From: Lingula anatina
Taxonomy: Eukaryota > Animalia > Brachiopoda
Reading direction: 5' to 3'
DNA: 64,000 nt
Assembly: GCA_051362555.1 (NCBI GenBank)
Contig: CM120640.1
Location: 18,414,001-18,478,000 of the forward strand
The notes beneath the pieces are model-generated. The model searched no databases. It saw only the letters and a program-made list of their open reading frames with translations, and was not told where the DNA came from. The stretch's first letter is position 1, and each line of letters starts with the position of its first letter. A program made the translations under genes and the position numbers. Shown here in pieces: positions 1 to 13,400 of this stretch.

Positions 1-31
1 GCTCTTCCTTTTGTCTATGTGACAGTACCAT
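1..31 (-). CDS. PAFAH1B1: Lissencephaly-1 (LIS1) first coding segment, truncated by the window edge
   Basis: Reverse complement reads ATG GTA CTG TCA CAT AGA CAA AAG GAA GAG C = MVLSHRQKEE(L), matching the LIS1 N-terminus (human MVLSQRQRDEL). It lies in an exon spanning 200 to <1, with an acceptor AG at 201-202. An in-frame upstream ATG is at 37. Confidence 0.8.
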   Translation of the reverse strand, partial: MVLSHRQKEE

Positions 32-1211
32 CTTCATGAGTAATAATTGGTGGGCTGATCCAAGAAATCCTGCTACTTTTATATCTTGTAGAAAGCTTGT
101 CTAGTGCAAACAAGCAGTTCACTGGGTTGTGTAGAGTGGCTTCCAAGTAACGCCACCCTTTACAACCACATCATCCAGGGGCACAAAACCCAAAGGGATT
201 CTGTAAAGGTAAAAAAAATGAAATGTTTAAAACCCTTTACAGATCTTTCAGCATTCACCAATCACTTGTGATATTACACATATTTAACCTCATGGCCTTT
301 TTCTTTCTTATTCCTAGGCTAGGCTAGGCTAAGCAAAATATTACTGTTTTAAAACTTAAATGGTACATAGACAACATCATTCCTATTCTGCTGCTCTTGC
401 CCACAGCTTCATACAGAATCTTGTTTACTTGAATTTATATCATTCCATTATAAATTCAATTTCAAATACCATATGCTTATCTCATCAATATGTTTGAGGA
501 TGAAAATGTCTACTTTGGGTGCACTGTAAGCTGTGAAGGCAATATTAGCACATTACAGATTTTCCTTGTAAGTTTAAGCATTATTGTGTCTTATCAAAAA
601 GTATCAAGTTGTAAGTAAACCATTGTTGTGTATATGAAATATACTGCTGTTGTCGTGGCTAATATTCATCATTATGATGAAATGCCAATAGATTTATCAA
701 TTTAAGAAGATGCAGCATACATTATCAAGTATAAACTAGGAACATATTAGTCAGGATCCATTCAAACTGAAAGTACCAAGCAACAATGAGCGCCAACAGC
801 GTTTTGTTTGTGCTGACCAGAGTGTGGGGATGTAAAGTTAACATAATGTTAAACATTAAATGGATTTCCACGTAAAATCCCCAAACTTCAAGTTCAATAT
901 TGCCGTCTGACAAGTCTTGGATCAGTGTAATAATAAAATAGTTTGGCCATTTATGTGGTGCCAAGTAACGCACAGCACGCATTTTTAGTCATAACAGGCA
1001 ATCACCATCTATTTCTGTAACATTGCAAGATAAGTCATTTTCATCCTATTTAATTTATCATAACATTGCATGCCTAATTTGAAATTCAGACAAGATCGAG
1101 GTCGCCATTTTTTATTCAAGGCGTATTCAAATAGGACCTTTTTAAAGATCCGTTTTAGAGTATTTTTCACGAACAGATGACAATGTCACTCCAATATTGA
1201 ATTGTGCTTAC

Positions 1212-1320
1212 CTCCAATGACGAAAATAGCCAATGATATACCTCACGTACAGAGCTAAACACTGTTTTCTCTGAAATTTGCAGGAATTTCCAACACGTTG
1301 AGATTTTACCCACAATTCTC
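1212..1320 (-). other. Putative non-coding first exon of LIS1
   Basis: Minus-strand GTAAG donor (cttac at 1207-1211) next to the CpG-richer promoter. The 5' boundary is approximate. Confidence 0.45.
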
Positions 1321-1450
1321 AAATCCTACCTGCGCAAGCGCACATAGAGTGTAAAAATTAGAGATTACTCGAGAACTAAGATGGCAGCCTCCATCGTTTG
1401 AAGTGCGTTGAGTTTGAAGCGACATTTAGTTACCCAAAGAGGGAGGTTCT
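1300..1450. promoter_or_regulatory. Bidirectional promoter LIS1/METTL16
   Basis: Lies between divergent genes. NRF1-like TGCGCAAGCGCA at 1331-1342, YY1-like AAGATGGCAGCC at 1378-1389, local CpG enrichment. Confidence 0.6.
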
Positions 1451-2010
1451 AAGCAGAAAGTGACGTTTATGTTTAATTTAACACAAAAAGTATGGGTTTA
1501 GTTACGCTGGAAAACTGATAAGCATAAATTTTAAAAAGGTAACAACACACTTGTGTAAGAAGTGGTAATTTGCAGATATTCTGTACTACCCCGACTCAGA
1601 TTGCTAGTTGCTAGAGGTGAATAAAGTCGGTAGTTTTCTTTTAATTCAAACCAGTACTTTTCATCTCAGAATGTAAAATCCCAGCCTCAAGTCTGCATTA
1701 AAAGCAAGATTGCCAGTAGGACAAATGCGAAGTTGTAATCCTTTTGGAAATATCAGATTTAGATAATTTTTAAATTTTATTTAAAATTAATGTAAAAAGT
1801 ATAAAAGTTCTACTTTCGATTTTATGATTTTGATTTGACTGCAACATAGTTACTAGTAGGTATTTATTTATTATTATCATTTTTATTCAAATAAATGTGT
1901 TCATTGAAATAACCTTCTCCGGATTATTTCAGTGAAATCTTAACTTATACAGCAAAGTTTAAAAGAAGCTAATTTTTTCTATTCCAGTATTTCTATATAA
2001 GAAAAGAGTA

Positions 2011-5000
2011 ATGGCTTTGAATAAGTTTATGCACCCTAGAAACATTTATAAGAAGAAGAGACCAAACTTCAAAGAACTGGCCATTAAGTACCCAGACTTC
2101 CGAAGTGTTGTCACACAAGATCTTACAGGGAAAGTGATATTAGACTTCAAAAGCCCAGAGGCACTGAGAGCACTGACTTGCACACTGCTGAAAGACGATT
2201 TTGGTCTTGATGTTGAACTACCTCTTGACAGACTGATCCCAACTGTTCCATTGAGACTGAATTATATCTTGTGGATTCAGGATATTGTTGGGAAAAGAGA
2301 AGAAAATGTTATTGGATTAGATATAGGTTTGTTATGTTTGTTTTGTTATGTTTTGTAAATGAGGTCGATGCTTTTTTTAAGTTTACAAAAAGTATTTTAG
2401 TTTTAAAAAAAGATTTTTTTTTTACTTTTCCCAAAATAATATTACAGAAATAATTGGCACTAAATGAATATATTTTTAAAAACATTATAAAACTGCTATA
2501 TTTTTGTTATTTAAGGTGCTGGGGCCTCCTGTATATATCCACTGCTTGGTTGTAAATTATGTCCTACCTGGAAATTCATTTGTTCTGAAATAGAAGAAGA
2601 AAATATATATTTTGCAAAGAAAAATATAAATGCTAATGGTATGGAAGGCAGGATTGAGTGTAAGTATACAAGTAACATATGTCAGGGCATTTTTCCCCCC
2701 AAGTTATTATTTTTTTAAATTGTCCTATGTGAACAAAGCAAGATATCTCTGTCCAGACAATCACTGTGTATGTAGACAAAGTTAATATTGATGGTCTTTT
2801 GTCAGCAGTCTTAAGTTTTTCAAAATTTGTCTTAATTTACTAATTTCAATTTGATTTTTTAATAAAGATAATTTTCTAAAACTATTTTTAAGTGTCATTA
2901 TTGCAGGCTATAAAATGCAATATTTTTGTTTCAAAACTATGACCTGAACTTAAAATATTATCAAGTTTTCATCATCTGTCAATCATTTTTTTACTGTAAT
3001 TTTCTCAAAATTAAACTTCTTTTAGTGGTTCAAACCAGTTCTACAGATGGGTTATTTGAGTTGTTGAATAACAGAAAAGAGAACCTCGATTTCTGCATGT
3101 GCAATCCACCATTCTATGCCGACTCCCTGGAGGCTCAGGGTATCAGCAACTGTAGAAACCTGGACAGACCAGAACCCAAGTCCATTAACACTGGCAATGA
3201 GCAGGAGTGTATTGTGAAGGGCGGAGAGTTTGAATACATCAAAAAGATGATAGGTGATAGTCTAAAGCTTAATAACAAAGTCAGGTTAGTATTGAATTGA
3301 TGGAGATATTTGAAAAATTGGAAATAATGATTTTGAACAAGCCCACTTTTTGCATTGTGTCATTATTAATTATTGGTCATGTAATTTCCATATGTAAACA
3401 GTGGGATTTAAAATGTTTATTCATCCCTAGTTTGAAAATGTACTTAAATTATGCTTGAGATGACTGTACAATCTTGATGTCAATTTGGTTTTATCTTACA
3501 GGGTGTATACAACCATGGTGGGGAGAAAATCTGATCTAGGACGCCTTAGAGCTGAGTTAAAGAAAAACAATGTAAGCTTAGTAAAATGCATCCTGTCACC
3601 ATAGTACTTGGTCACAGTGAATTACTTACGGAGGGTTACACTTTGTTTTTCTTATCATATTTAAGGTAAACTGAGATACAGTCATTTAAATTTGAGGATT
3701 GACTGGCTAATAAAATATACTAATAGTAAAATTGCCTTTGTAGTGTGATTTATAAAGATGTTCCTATCACCTTGCAGATCTCCAACATTGGTGAAACTGA
3801 GTTTTGCCAAGGAAGAACAATGAGGTGGGGGTTGGCCTGGACATTTGATGATACTGTGGTGTTTCCTGTAAGTTTAATATTGGGTTTATCCAAAATGATT
3901 AAATCCTTTTGTAACCAAAAGATTGATGTTATTCTTCCTATCAGTGTCACTTTTATTTATAGTTAATGACTTTTGGTGTAGAGTTGACATTTGTTGTGGA
4001 TCCTGCATTTTTATATTGGATATCTTGGTTTTATCATCATCAGAAATCAGAATTCCAAGTTAAGAAGAAGAGTACTGGTGATAAGCCTCCTTTGACTCAT
4101 ATCATTCCTACGGGTGTCTGCAAGGAATACAATGTGCCCATGGCATGGGTCAAACTCAAGAGGATGTTGGATGAATTACAGGTAATGGGAAACCTGACAA
4201 AGTTCTACATACCTAGTTTAACTTACCTGTAGATATCAATGTATAGATATTGTGATGTCATTGGTGGCAAGGTTGAATAATAGCGGCCTCTATCTCTTGT
4301 TTTCTCTCTGAGTGAGTTTGCTTCCATATTTCCCTTGCAAATTTCTAAAGTCTTTCAAACTTATTATTCATTTAGGTCCACCACAAAGGTGTGAAGGCCA
4401 CTACCACAGAAATCACTTTAAATTTGACAGCCAAGGAAAACACCTGGTCCCATCAGAGAAAGAAAAAAAGACAGCAGATGAGAGCAAAACTGTTTGAGGA
4501 AAAAAGAAAGCATTATGAAAGTCCATCTAAGGACAGGCAAGTAGATGATCTTAGGGTTGTAGAGCATAATCAAAGTGAGGGTATGGAAGAACTTATGGAG
4601 GACAATCAAGAAGCTTTAGTTCGAAAAAGGAAATTAGAATTTGAAGATGAATACAGGAATGAGAAAGCAAGGAGAATGGATGATAATGATGTAGTGTCAA
4701 GTGGAAAAAGCCACATAAAGAGTCCTGAAAGTCTTGAGCCAGCTTCAGCTGAACATGATACACAGCTCACAAATGCTCAACCTAGTAGTAGTAATAATCC
4801 TGACATGGGTATTTCCAGTGCTGTGAAAACTGAAAATAGATCGAATGAACTTGTGGGAAAAAGTGCTGAAACTGAAAGTACTGGGCCAAAAGAGGCAGTG
4901 CCTGAAACAGTTAATACTGCTAAAACAGAAGATAAGGATTTCTTGTTTAAAACCAAACTATCGATAAAACAAGTGCAAGAAGATGTAGTAATGGAATTGG

Positions 5001-5071
5001 TGTACATTGAAGGTCAGAGCAGAGAGTTAATGCATCAGTTTATGCAGTATTTCAAAAACAGATTGAAATGA
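2011..5071 (+). CDS. METTL16: RNA N6-adenosine methyltransferase METTL16 (U6/MAT2A m6A writer), 570 aa
   Basis: Exons 2011-2326, 2516-2659, 3026-3284, 3502-3571, 3778-3867, 4044-4181, 4376-5071, all GT-AG and in frame. Motifs MALNKFMHPRN, LIPTVPLRLNYI, DIGAGASCIYPLLG, FCMCNPPFY, EFCQGRTMRWGLAW and a C-terminal VCR/KA1-like region. Confidence 0.97.
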
Positions 5072-7467
5072 CATGACAGTTACAGAATGTAATAACCATC
5101 ACAAGACTGGCTTTGATGTACCAAATACATAGGAAATATATATTTTTGATTCATGACGAATTTAGTATAAATGGACTTATCATTTGCAATGCAATTCTTC
5201 TACCATTCGTAAAACATTTTAGAATTCCAAATTATTAAAAATATACATGCTATTTTACTAGTTTAATTTAAATTGCGAAGGGGTTATGCTGGAGTCAGTT
5301 TTATGGAGTCTGAATCTTTTCACCTACCTAATCAACATGTGAAATGACCACATTTACAGCTGTGGTTTATCGTGCAGCCTTTGGCTAATCCAGACAAGCT
5401 TTGTTTACTTGAAAGTGTCTCAACTGAAAGTCTTCACATATCATGCCTTCTTCTAAAATTCAAATAGCAAATGACTCAACTGATGATTATTTCAATATTT
5501 TATTACTTAAAGGATTTGCAACCTCTCCACAAATGATAACAGCATTCTAACATGACCATGTGCAGTCTTTTTCTGGGCATTTTGACGAGGCCCAATTATC
5601 TACAAACACACAAACGAACCACAAGTGCTCTTGACATTCCACAAAAAACTTTCAATTCTCTTTAAACTGATTGGTTATTTATACTAGTCATCACCTGTTA
5701 TCAGCAGTGGCAAAAATATACACATGCTTTTAGCTTGGAACTGGACTGAGTACATTGGAAATAAGTTTTTCTCATTTATATTGAGTTGACCACAAACTAA
5801 TATGAGGAATTTGCAAGATGTGAACTTAAATTATCATCAATAGTGAACACATAAACAATCCACTTTTAACTACATTTCATTGCATATTGTTTGATATATA
5901 ATCAAGTATTAAAGCAAATTTTGCAAACATATCCCACCTCTCGATTTAATATGCAATTCTGATCAACGACTGTACTTCGTACCTTCCTCCAAGAAAGTTT
6001 TATGAAAATAACTGATTACTAGCACTGAATGCAAACAAAATTAAATTACACTGCATTTTCTCATGTTCAAAATTTAAATAGCCAATCAAATTCATGCACA
6101 TTAAAATTTATGTATAATTAACATTTTGACAATTAAACAGAGTAATGAAACTAAGGGTGCAACAGACATGACATTTGTGCCAAAATTTGATGGCTAAATA
6201 AGACCAAAACCTGAGCCTTAAGTTAACAACTAGTAATTAATGGTAACACCTTTATGCTGCAGAATTTATCAATGCACTGCTGCCCCACCTAACAAGCAGA
6301 ATTGACATTTCAAACTGAATTTTCACAAAATATCTTCTCGTCTGAAATTGTTTACTTTGCTAGGATATTGAGAAGACTAATATAAGTAAAACATTTACTT
6401 TGAAACCTTTGCTTTAGGGAATTAAAGTTCAAATGTGACATATAACCCATATATTTATTGTTTGTGTGTGGAATGTTAACCTAGCCCCCCTCCCCCAAAT
6501 ATATGTCAGGCATATCTTTCGGCATAACCCTTCCCACTAATGCTCATCAGGGAAAACTATATTTTTATCATTTTTAACAATTGTCAAAAAAAAAAATACT
6601 TTTCAAAAGTACAAAAAATACACCACTCACCCAACAACTAGAATGGCATTAACAAAACAATTTTGCATGCAAGCAGTATTACACAACCTATATCATCTTA
6701 CAAAGTAAAATAAAATTGCTAGGCTTAGGTTATGTGGATATCTTTCAACAATATTCTCTCCACACTTGGCACCCAAAGGTGCAGAAGCAAAAAAAATATT
6801 GTCAAAAGAAGTCGAGGTAAAAGGAATGTGTTCAACTTTATTGTAACAACAACAATACTGTCACTAAGCCAGAGAACAAAAATTAATGTGGTAAAAAGAT
6901 GGAAACAATATGTTAAACAACACAATAGGGATTCCCCAAAGCATTATTTATCTTACTAATCTTTAAGTGCCTATAAGTGCATTTCTTCAGCACATCTCTA
7001 TATGTCGTCAATTTAAATCACAAAACATGCATACAAGGGTCATACATTAGGAATTATCATTTTAACAAAGCAACACATGCAATCAATACACAAATACATC
7101 ATTTTGCACATTTTACCAGTTTTAATATTTCAGTGCTACTTGCAAAGCGGGTAACAAACAATTTGATTGGCAAGGTTATCTTTACAATATACATTTAAAG
7201 AGTAGTCAGGTGGCTTTATTCACTGCATACTGGTGAATTTTCACAGTTGATTTAAATTACTCCTTTCTGGCAGCAATACTCACTTCACCAATCCTTTTTT
7301 TCTTTTTATCAATCTTGCTTCAATGGCATAGATTTTCTCCTCAAGATGACAAAATGGGTTGTGAGATTCCTGCCAAGACTGATCAATCAATCTGTACCCA
7401 AACAATGGAAAGACGAATAGATTATTTGTCTCAAAGTAACTTTTCCCCCACAATAATATAATGATCA

Positions 7468-10400
7468 TTAGCTGTCTACTGCATTGTTTTCTGTATGACT
7501 AGGAGCACTTCCATTCACCAAGACAGGTTGCTCTGTGGGTGCAGAGGTTGGGACACCGGATTTGAGATCGTCGCTGGGCTTCGACTTTGTTTCACTTGGC
7601 TGATCTCCATCTATTTCTTCTATTGTTGCTCTATTATTGGTATCAACCCCTCTAAGTTTTTCTACATCTTCTTTACTGTTAACAGAAAATACCAACAGAA
7701 TGAAAGCTCAAGGAAAATGCACAAAAGACATACTATTTTCTGCACCAATCAATATACAATGTTAAAATTCCATTCTATGAATAAATTATTTTGACATAAG
7801 CTTATTCTTAAGGGTTTAGCTACAGTATTCTTGCAGTTCTTACAAACCAATTCACAAACAATCAAATACAACCTGATCCAGTATCTTACCTGAGTTGGAC
7901 CCACTGTATCAGCTCAATACCATTTATTGCATTGAGAATTTGCAAAATATTCACCAAGGAAGGCACCTGAATCTGTAAATGGTAAAATATGTTGTTTTTT
8001 TTAACCAGATTACAAATTTGTGCTACTCATAAGCAGAATTTAGAAAATCTTTTAAAATCTTTATTGCAAATATCTTAAAGTGGTTACTCTAAATCTCATG
8101 CTGAGAAAATAACCATCAGTTGTGGTGTAGTCTTGACAAAAAATCTTTTTAATACTATCTTTATATTACCTGTAAAGGAGGGAAGGAGACATTCTTTTCT
8201 CCCTTGTATATGTCATTGATTCTCCTCTGAAACTCTACAGCTTGTTCTGTCAAATGACGAAGGCATTCAGAGCTTTCCTGGGTACGGTCATGTTTCTCAC
8301 CAAGCTGGAAAGACATGACAAATTTTTAAAAATTCTGATAAAGGAGTAAATAAAGAAGTTTTAATTTTGAAAGCTAAGTATAAAACTGAGGGAGAAATTT
8401 TAAGTATATGCATCATAGTCAATTTTTGATATACTTACCAAGGATTTGTAAATGGTATAGGCTTCTTTCTCATTCTGAAGGGCAGTCCTGAAATCTCCAA
8501 TACATGAGTGTGTCCTAGCTACAAGGTGGTACCCCATGGCTACCTTAAGACTTTGTGTGCCATAGAATCTGGAACAAGAAATTGGGTATTGGTTATCATA
8601 AGGCTGGCCTACTATACAAAATTTAAAATATGAAACTTTCAAAATAAACAAATGACAACTGATGAAAGCATACCAAACCCATGTTTTTGCTGCATGTGAC
8701 TGAAAACAATTCAGTTCTTAAAAAAGTCATTAACCTTCGAACAGTTTCATATTTACTTAATTTCATGAATTCCAGCATGACTTTACCACTTGAGACTACA
8801 CCTGACAACATTAAGAAATCAGTGACTACCTTGTATTCAGCTTGAGAGCATTTTCTAGGAAGGACAGGGACAATTCATACTGTCCAGCAGCGTGAAGGAT
8901 GAGACCAATGTTGCTCTGAAAATAAACAGATTGGACTATAGATATCTTTTCTTCCAAATATTTTTAATTGTGTTAAAATACGATAACTATATACAATTGT
9001 CAGACAATTAAGTTAAAATCCTTTCTTAAGGATTATGCAAATGATTCAAGACATTGCTACCTACATCATACAAAGCCATATTTGGATGATCCTCGTCATG
9101 ACACAACAAAGACAGGTAGCGCGCCCTATACATCAACTGTAGAGCACTGGGAATCTGACCACCAGCAAAGCAGTACAGGGCAAAATGAGCCTGCAATAAT
9201 AATAATAATAATAATAACTAAACATTTACCAACATGAAAAATGGTGAAATCTTTCAATCTTTTTAACTTCTGAGAATGAATGTTCAAGTATTAAATTTAT
9301 TCATTTTGTCCACATATTACTTTTTCATGACACTAGCAGTTGTAAAGCAAAATTTGTCACACCTGGCACTTACATATTCAGTAATAGTGTTAGGATGATC
9401 TACTCCCAAGACTCTCTCTGTCATGATCACAGCCTTTTGCTGGAAGTTCAGGGCCTGAAAATAATCAAGTAATGCATTAAGCAAAAATCACCCTAAGTAC
9501 ATTTCTTCAAATTCTGGATTTCTTTTACTACAGGTCAAATTGTGTTTTTGAATTAAAACCTCTTTTGAAAAGTCTATGAAAACCAGCAAGGCAAGTTCTT
9601 AAAATATAATCTTGGCCCATACTGTGCATTTCAATATTCCAAATTCAGGATCAAACACTGAATGCCAACTGAATGCTTCTTGAACTACCAGTTTTGACCT
9701 CAAAATTCTCCACTTAGAAGTTCTAGATGTTCTTAACGCCCCACGTTCCTCACCTCACCATAGTCCCCCATTATATAGTTCAGCCTGGCCAAGAGTCTCA
9801 TACAAGCGGCTATCTCAGGGTGCAGGGCTCCATACACATTGGTAAGCAGGTTCAGGGCCTCTCCTATCAGCTCATAGCCCTCCCTCAGCAAACCTTGCTG
9901 GATCTTGTTCTGACCACTGGTGAAGAACTGGTATGCATCTGTTGCCTAAATTGAAAATATTGCATATGCAGAGAAAATATTTTATTTGGTGGTGCAGCTC
10001 CAAACTTTTTCTAGTTTTTAATATGCAGACAATCCACATGTGGTTCCTCAATTCATTCTGTATGTTTCATCACAATCATGTAGAGAAGTTGATAGTGCAA
10101 TAAACAACAGTCTTTAAAATTGGATAATAGTTTACCCAAGTTTCTGTGCAATATAATAAATAATGACAGTTTATTTCACCATGACATTTTTGTCATTGGT
10201 ACGGTACAACAATACTATGTATACATACGAAATATCAATGAATGAACCAAAAGGAATAATAATATTAATGATAATAATACTAATATATTTAATATGAGAC
10301 TTAAGTATTTCACAAAGTTCTTAAATCTATTGGCTGACATAACTTTCCACTTTTCACCAAAAACACTCTCCCACACACAAACACACATAGAACATAACCA

Positions 10401-13400
10401 ATGCCTACCTTGTGGTGTATATGTTTGGTAACAGGGAAAGTGTTGACAATGTCCTCTTCATAGAAGCACTGCTTGTGTCTAAGGTCCATGTAGTATTCCC
10501 TGAGCATCAGCTGAATTCCCAACTTCTTACAGAAAGCTCTGAGCAAGGAAATCTTCTGCATGTGGTAGGTTTCAACCGCTGTGTCCATGTTGTCTCTGAA
10601 ATAGTGGCAATATTATTATCTTTTTTTTAAACATAATTTTAATTCATAATATTATTTTCAATCTTTTTATGATTAATTTACTAAATAGTTGGTAAATTTG
10701 TGGAAAAAATTGCTGAAATGATGGTGGAAAATTCAAATTAGACTGATCCACTTGTGTAGCTATCACTAACAAGTAATGATACGGTAGTTAAATAATGGTG
10801 TATCTGATAGGATGGCATAATAGACTTACCCCTCTAATTTGAAGTCATAGTGATTCTGAACATCTTCAACAATCTTCTTCCACAAGGTTTTAGGCGTTTC
10901 TGAGATCCATTCAGAATTGTCTAAAAAAAATACACCATATGAGGAAAACATTTTCCTTTATTGACAAACAAATGCCACTGTAAAAGATCTGAATACAGCT
11001 AAAATAGGCAATTTTGCACAATTTTGAACTTATGATCAAATTTCAAAAAGATACAGACTTACCATGGTTATATACAAGCACTCCAGCCTTGTTCTTCACT
11101 TTACCCCCCTTGCTCTTTTTCTTTCTTTGAAACTAGAACAAAATGGAAATGAAAGAGATAACAACCATACTCAAATCTGGCAAGGATTGACAAATTTATA
11201 CTACTTGAAGAGACATAACTTTACTATCATAAATAATGACATCACGTTACTCTCTTAAATTATGAATTTCAAAAATTTTAAATAATCAAATCATTCAGTG
11301 AATTTGTACAGCTGGACCCCAATGTGACTCATTTGGTTGAGTCTAAAATCTTCACATTTTATGCATTGATGGGGCCTAACAGTTGGAAGGATCCCTCACC
11401 TCCTCCGACATGACCTGTGTGTGCGGTGATGGGTGAGAGCCCAAATAGCAATTGAGAAAATGGCTGATAGCTTGAGAGAGAGACATGTGCTCCACATTGT
11501 GCATGTACTTCTGGTATAAATGTTTTGCAGCTCGGCTTATCATTTCAGCCACAGTGATGCTCTGAAAAATAAATTGAAGAAAATTATAGAATGGATTTTT
11601 CTATAAAGTAGAAAAGATATATACTAATAGGATCAAAATGTGGACTTTTTCAATTCAATGTATCAAAGTAGCACATGTTACTGATATACATCATCAAACA
11701 TAAAACTTAAAAAAATGGGAATGGCAATTTATCATTAACTTACGTGTACAAAGGAAAGCTGCGGATGTTGTTGAACTTGTTCTGCTACTCTGCCTAGGTA
11801 TCTCATATTGATGCCCCTGAAGGAAAAATAATTGATATTTATTGAAACTCATATGATTATCAGAGCATAAAAGCACACTTCAAGACGGTAAACTTAACAA
11901 CCTAGTAATTGCACATCATACAATTAATATTATCATGGTTCTAAAATACTAAGAAAACACAGGATTCATATAGTACCTGTTATGTAATGCCTCCGTAAGT
12001 GTGATACCATCAACAGGAGTAAGAGAGTGGTTCAGGCAATCTCGGACCTGAAAGGTTTAAGTTTCAATTTTCTTAATAATACTTTTGATGTTTATGTAAC
12101 ACTGTTTTCAAATTTAGCAGGAAATATAGTAAAATACAGAAACAGAATACTTCATTCATGTGCATGCAGAAGAAGAGGAACAGAACCTTTGCAGGTAAGC
12201 AAGTTATATTCACTACAAGTAGTTTACAAATAGGAAGGTTTGTAACTTTTTTCCACATCTTAAAAGGTCCAGCCTGAGCTTATTCTTCCACGATGCCTTT
12301 TCTTGTCAGCATGAACTGGTTTTAACTAGGTCACAGCACGGGATTATCCAAAAGTCTAGAGATTTCAAGCATGAAAATAACCTCTCTACTTGAAAAACCA
12401 TTGCTTAATTGTTTTTTTTTTTCCTCCAAAATTGTTCCAGAGTTATGGTGAGTGTCAGAAAAGGAAGTTTAAAGGTTGGTTAACTGTGGGAAAGTGCCAT
12501 TTGCCCCAGGATAAATATTATTTTTGGCACAAAAGGGTGTGCCTTTAAGAATATCAAAAATGATTTCTCAAAATGAACAGAAAAAATATAAGGTCCATGT
12601 ACTTACAAAAACTGGCACCTGGTGAAAGACTAAGAACTCTGCCACATCCACTACTAGCTGCTTCTCTGCCTTGAACTCTTCTCCCTGTGAACATCCAAAA
12701 GGAATGTGATACTGTACATTGGAAAGCATACAGATATTAACATTTATTCCATATTTCTGAGTGGATACAAGAAACTTGGTTCAATAATTAAAAATAACTT
12801 CTTTGTGTTATGTTATCACTACAAATGTGAGGTAATCATTTCACTGATACAAATGTTATTATGCCCAGAGACTTAAAACCCTTTTTTTTCCTTCTGTTAT
12901 TCTCAAACCAGGCTCACCTCTTTCTCAAAATGTGTAACAAATGGCTGGTATACATCAGGGTTAAAAGAAATGTCAAATTCTGAAATAAAAAGAAAATTGG
13001 TTACTGATCTGCTTTGAAATATAATATCGATTAGAAGATAAAATTCTATACAATTTATGCCTCAAAAATCTCTTGGCTAATAAAGTCTCTAGCAGTAAAA
13101 CACAACAGAATTAATGAAATTGAATGACATAGAGAAATACCTGTGTCGCTGAGAGAGCCAACAGATCTTGCTGCTGCCTTCACAATTTCCCTAGTGCTCT
13201 CTTCAACTGAAATTGATTTACCATACACTTTTACAATACGAAACTTAAACCATTATTATATTTAAGAATAAGTTACTTTGGCACATCACAAATAACTGCA
13301 GATGCAATTTGCACTTGAAAAACTGCAGCTGTCACAGTTAAATGTTAAGTTGAATAGTGTAACATAGGCTAAAACTACATGGTATACAACTCTCAATCCT

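Noticed and set aside
5079-5095. TACAGAATG mini-hairpin just after the METTL16 stop as an autoregulatory site
   Set aside because: It does not match UACAGARAA and the stem is only 5 bp.
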